This document shows positions 58,649 through 64,000 of a stretch of DNA of 64,000 bases, piece by piece. The DNA is from Eledone cirrhosa (Eukaryota), in assembly GCA_964016885.1 (NCBI GenBank), contig OZ024740.1, positions 111,166,001 to 111,230,000 on the forward strand. Direction: 5' to 3'. The position numbers and the translations under genes were made by a program. The notes below the pieces were generated by a model, which was not told where the DNA came from, did no database searches, and saw nothing but the letters and a program-made list of their open reading frames with translations. The first letter of the stretch is position 1, and every line of letters begins with the position of its first letter.

Positions 58649-60716
58649 CAGGTTTAGTGCTCTGTGTGGAGAGTCAGAGGAGAGAGAGATTGGATGGACT
58701 GAGGAGAGTGTGACGAGGAGGTACGGGCACTTCACCAATGCAGTGGCGAAAGCAAGTGAAACCCTGGTGCCGAGGAAAAAGAACAAATGGAAGCACGTCA
58801 GCTCTGCAAACCCAAAAGTGTGTGCAGCCAGAGAACACCTGAAAGCTGCCAGGGACCAATTCTATGCTGATCCTACGGAGGAGAGGATGGAGACTGTGGA
58901 GGTGATGAGGGAAGAGCTCTGTACCGCTTACACTGAGGTCAGAGAGGAGGCACTGATAGAGAAGATCAGAAGTGTGGAGAGAGCGGTTGACAGATCTGGA
59001 TGTAAGGAGAGCTGGATGATCATCAACGAGATCACAGGGAGGAAGAAAAGGTGTTCGAGTCAGATCCAGGGAACGGGGCCCGAGGATAGGAAGAGGAAAT
59101 GGCTAGACCATTTTAGGACCCTACTAGGAGAGCCACCCTCCACAGCCCAGAGCACTGGGGAGATCAGGCGGCTGTTTGAGGAACTGGATGTTGAGACAGA
59201 GCCCTTCACCAGAGAGGAGCTTCAGAGAGCCAAGAAGAAGATCAAGGAGGGCAAGGCTCATGGAGAGGATGGAGTGGCATCAGAGGTGATGAAGAGGTGT
59301 GATTTTGATGATATCATCCTGGGGTTCTGTAACGGGGCACTGGAGAAAGGAGTTGCCCCGAATCAGTGGAGGATCAGTAACATCGTCCCAGTGCCAAAGA
59401 AGGGAGATCTCTCTAACACCAACAACTACCGGGGGATCTCACTGACGTCACTTGTGGCAAAGACCCTCAACAGGATGATTCTTAACAGGATCCAGCCTGA
59501 GATGGAGAAGAAGCTCAGGGACAACCAGAACGGCTTCAGAGAGGGTAGATCAACCACCAGTCACATCCTGATGCTGAGGAGGATATTAGAGGGAGCTAGA
59601 GCAAAGTGCCTTCCTGCGGTCATGGTTTTCATTGACTTTAGGAAGGCCTTTGATTCTGTGGACCGTTACTGCCTGATGAAGATCTTACAGGCTTATGGAA
59701 TCCCCAAGAGGATAGTGGACCTGATATCACTGCTCTACACCAACACCAAAGCCCAAGTCATTACACCTGATGGGATGACAGAGTTCTTTGAGATACTGGC
59801 TGGAGTGCTCCAGGGAGATACATTGGCTCCCTACCTTTTTATCATCGTAGTGGACTATTGTATGCGCCTTGCACTGGAGAAACACCAGGACTCTGGCTTT
59901 ACTGTGGCACCGGCTCAGAGCAGGAGAGTTGGGGCGAAAAAGGTATCGGATGCTGAGTTTGCCGACGACATAGTTTTGGTGACAAATACAGTGAAGGAGG
60001 CAGGGGATTTGATGCGGGAGGTTGAGACTGTGTCGATGAGTGTGGGGCTGAGAATGAATGAGACTAAAACAAAATATCTGGTAGAGAATGTTGAGAAGCC
60101 AGAGGGGATCACTAATGTAGGCGGGAAGCCGCTGGAATTGGTTGAGGACTTCCTGTATTTGGGAGCAAAGATTGGGAATACGGAAGATGATGTGATTGAG
60201 AGGAAGAGCAAGGCCTGGGCGGCGTGTCACAGCTTGAGATCGGTGTGGAAGTCAGACCTTCGTAGAGACCTGAAAATCCGCCTCTTCATTGCTGTAGTGG
60301 AGTCTGTGCTGCTGTATGGGTCTGAGACTTGGACACTGACCAAGAGACTCACTCAGATGGTGGATGGGTGCTACACGAGAATGCTGAGGATGGCTCTGAA
60401 CATTAATCAGTATACACTGAGGATGAAAAACTCAGAGCTGTATGGGAGCATCCCAAAAGTCAGCTCAAAAGTGACACAGAGAAGACTGAGGTTGGCTGGA
60501 CATGCTCACCGACATCCAGAGTTGACATTGCACTCAGTGCTCCTTTGGGAGCCCCTACATGGACACACTAGAAGAGGAAGACCAAGGTTAACATATGTTG
60601 ATGCCCTAAGGACAGACACTGGTCTGTTGGAGATGCAGGATATGGCAGCGATAATGAGGGACAGAGACCGCTGGAGAGAACTCGTCCATGGATCTCGGGA
60701 ATTTTACCCGCCTTAG
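58647..60716 (+). CDS. RTE-clade LINE reverse transcriptase, 5'-truncated (no endonuclease), about 689 uninterrupted codons
   Basis: PKKGD..NYRGISL, QNGFR.GRST, FIDFRKAFDSV, GVLQGDTLAPYLF, FADD, FLYLG, LLYGSETW, RGRP; flanked by (TA)n. Confidence 0.95.
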
Positions 60717-60859
60717 ATAGATATATATATATATATATATATATGTCAATCAATTTCTAGTTGATATAAAATGCTCGGATCTTTTCATTGGAATCTCTGA
60801 GCATATTCTACAGTGGATATGGTACATGTCTCTCGGACATGACACCCTTAATTTAATTT

Positions 60860-60939
<80 letters not shown>

Positions 60940-61366
60940 TTAGGGGGTGCATGAAGAATCACGCAAACTGAGAAATTTAAGTTAAGGGGTTTTCATAGGA
61001 TAGGCTATATAGTTCATGTTGATTAAGGACACGTGGAAGTAATAAAAGGTAAAAGTAATATTTCAAAGATTTATTTCTACTTATTTATAATTACATAGAT
61101 TTTCTGCATGTATGTACAAATGACATACAGGATTAATTGTATGAGTAATGTTGGATTAACGTTGAAAGCGAACTTTGTATTGACAAGGTTCGGAAATGCA
61201 TCGTGTGTTTATATGTGTCTGTATGTATGTATATGTGTGTGGGAGTGTATGTGTGTATGTGTCTGTGTCTATGTGTGAGTGTGAGCGTTTGGTAATAAAA
61301 TGTAATTTGTTAAGATGGCGATATAAATAAATATACAAATGGCGTATTTGTATGGTTGATACAAGT

Positions 61367-61582
61367 GCGGTGAATTGGCAGTATCGGTAGCGGGTCGGAC
61401 GCCATCCTTTGCAGCATAGAGTTACGGCCCTTTATGATCTGAGTTCAGATCCCGCCGAGGTTAACTTTGCCTTTAATCCTTACGGGGTCGATAAAATGAA
61501 GTACCAGTCACGCACTGGGGTCGATTTAATCGACTTTCCCCTCCCCTAATATTGTTGGCCTTGTGCCTATATAAGAAACCAG
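61367..61582 (+). mobile_element. SINE, full length (further copies at ~62860-63060, 63110-63230, 63664-63860)
   Basis: Head, B-box, core and GGCCTTGTGCC...AGAAAC tail. Confidence 0.9.
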
Positions 61583-62403
61583 TATTATGGTTCATACAAT
61601 TCTATATAAAACTCGACTCCTTTAATGTTTCGATATTGTTGCTGCCCTGTAAGATCTGTGCCTTGGGCGGCTGCCTAGTTGGCTTTATAGAATCGCCGGT
61701 CCTGACTCTAGGACAAATTATGAAGAGCAAGATAGACATAACCAGTACAAGTGTAGAAATAATTCATAAGCATCAACTTACAGGACAAAGGAATTCCTCA
61801 CCAAACAATAAAATATGTTTCCCTCTTTCTTTTTTTTAAATAAAACCAACGCCACAACCTCCATTCTGCAACCATGACAACCACTATTATTACAACAACA
61901 ACAACAACAACAACAACAACATGCGATGCAGCATAAGAAAGAAATAAAGAAGTTGGAATGGAATAGAAAATAAATGAAACATATACCAGAAAATATATAA
62001 AAATGGAAGATATAAAGAAAAGAAAGAGAGCGGGGTGGGGGAAAATAGAAACGAGTCGTGTTATCTGTAATGTATCTAGTATTTAGCGAGGGAGAGTCTA
62101 GTTTTTGTCGTTTGTTCCTTTTTTGTGGGAGTGGGGGAAATGTTGAATGGGCTTATTTTGGGGGCAGACAGCAATTCCCTTCTGGGGCTAAGAACCACGT
62201 TGTAGTAAAAATGGTGTTGGTGGTGGTGGTGGTGGTGGTGGTGGTGGTGGTAGTGGTGGTGATGGTGGTGGATGTAGTGGTTGTCGTTTTTGGTACTAAT
62301 TTTGTTTTCTGCTCTGCTCATTTCTTTATCATCCACCATGACTTGTCAACATCACTATTATATTTATTTATTCACACACACACACACGCACGCACACACG
62401 CAC

Positions 62404-62485
<82 letters not shown>

Positions 62486-64000
62486 TATATACTTTGATTT
62501 GAATTTCGGCTGTTGATTTTGGAAATAAGAAATAATTAAAACAAATTAACTCGGACGTGCATATATATATATATATATATATATATGCATGCACACAGAA
62601 GCACGCACACAGACACACACACACATATACACACATACACACGCACAACATATCGAATTAATATGGGAACTAGTAAGTGACAATCAAACAAAAAAAGAAG
62701 TGTTGCAGGAGGAATATTATACAAATATTTATAGAAATTGTGTAGATTTTAATGTTGTTATTGGACTCCACAACCTTTTTCATTGATATTTATACTGGTA
62801 TTCCATTCTGACTAATATCATAATTATTGAAATAATTCAATTGCTATTATCCTTATGATTGACAGAATCGCTGGAGCGTTGGACTTGCTTTGCGGCATAT
62901 AGTTACGTCCATTTAAGTTCAAAGTTCAAAATCCCACCGAGTTTAACTTTCATCCTTACGGGGTCGATAAAATAAAGTACCAGTAATGCACTGGTGTCGA
63001 TTTAATCGACCCCCCCCCCCCTTCAAATTGCTAGCCATGTACCTAAAGTAGAAACCATCATTAGAGCATCGGACAAAATGCTTTGCGGCATAGTGTTACA
63101 GCTGATGTTTATGTTCCTTTTCATTTTTCATTCTTACAGGGTCGATAAATAAAGCATCAGTAATGCACTTGTGTCGATAATCAACTTTCCCTCCCTCGGA
63201 AATGCTGGCCTTGTGCCTATAGAAGAACTCATTATTAATATTATGAACGCAGTGGAGCCGAAAGATAAAGAGGTTTGCCTCGCAATCATTAGGTCCCCGT
63301 TTTGATCCCAATGCGTGACATTTTGGGTAGATATCATTTACCATAGCCATAGGTTGACCTTTGCATTGTTGGTGAAATTAGGTAGACGAAAACTGAGAAA
63401 TACGTTAATGGTACACGTGTCTATGGAATGCTCAACCACTTACATGTTAATTTCATTGATCGCGAAATTGCAACAATCATCGTTGAAATCGACGAAGGTT
63501 AATTCCATGATTATCATTAACATTACTGATAATAAGAGGGCACCAACTGAAATTGTACGAGAGGCTTGTAGGATAACGAAGATATCTGGCATGAAGCCGT
63601 TTAGTGTTTCTTTGTTGATATTTGGTGGGGCTCTGTTGAACAGTTGTTATCACGTTTCGGAAGAGCGGTGAATTGGCAGTATCGGTAGAGAGTCGGACAA
63701 CATGCTTTGCAGCATAGAGTCACGACCCTTTATGGTCTGAGTTCAAATCCTGCCGAGGTTAACTTTACCTTTCATCCTTACGGGGTCGATAAAATAAAGT
63801 ACCAGTAATGCACTGGAATAATTGCTTGCCTTGTGCCAAAAAAAAAAACAGTTATTACGTTTCGGAACGGATCCGGATCTATTGGGAAGGTCGATCAAAC
63901 GATTTACTTTGGCTTGTAATCGCATGCAGACATCTTCTGGTTTGTGGCCATGAAGAAGGAATATATTGTTGTGGCAGCTCACACCTAGCTGGCCTTGTAC

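Overview
AT-rich, microsatellite-saturated eukaryotic DNA, probably octopus/cephalopod (inferred from the SINE and microsatellite landscape). I can support no host gene. Almost all ORFs in the track are translations of (TA)n, (CA)n, (GA)n, (CAT)n or minisatellites. The real content is mobile DNA: RTE, CR1-group, R4/Dong-like and CRE-like LINE pieces, two decayed Penelope-like elements (RT + GIY-YIG), about 20 SINE copies, a mariner derivative and a MITE. The signal the ORF track misses is about 20 type I hammerhead ribozyme (HHR) motifs or half-motifs from at least 10 apparently unrelated short elements, most inserted in (TA)n arrays. Several are 420-520 bp tandem or circularly permuted units resembling non-LTR retrozymes; one has two complete HHRs exactly 516 nt apart. 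Many share the architecture of the Penelope copy at 28.7-32.1 kb: a shorter inverted arm, a direct copy and a 35-140 nt tail carrying a GAGT(A/G)C-like motif. The fold-back is often centred inside the ribozyme, and an octamer often lies about 70-130 nt upstream of it. All structures were read by eye. Ribozyme activity, circular RNA and mechanism are inference.
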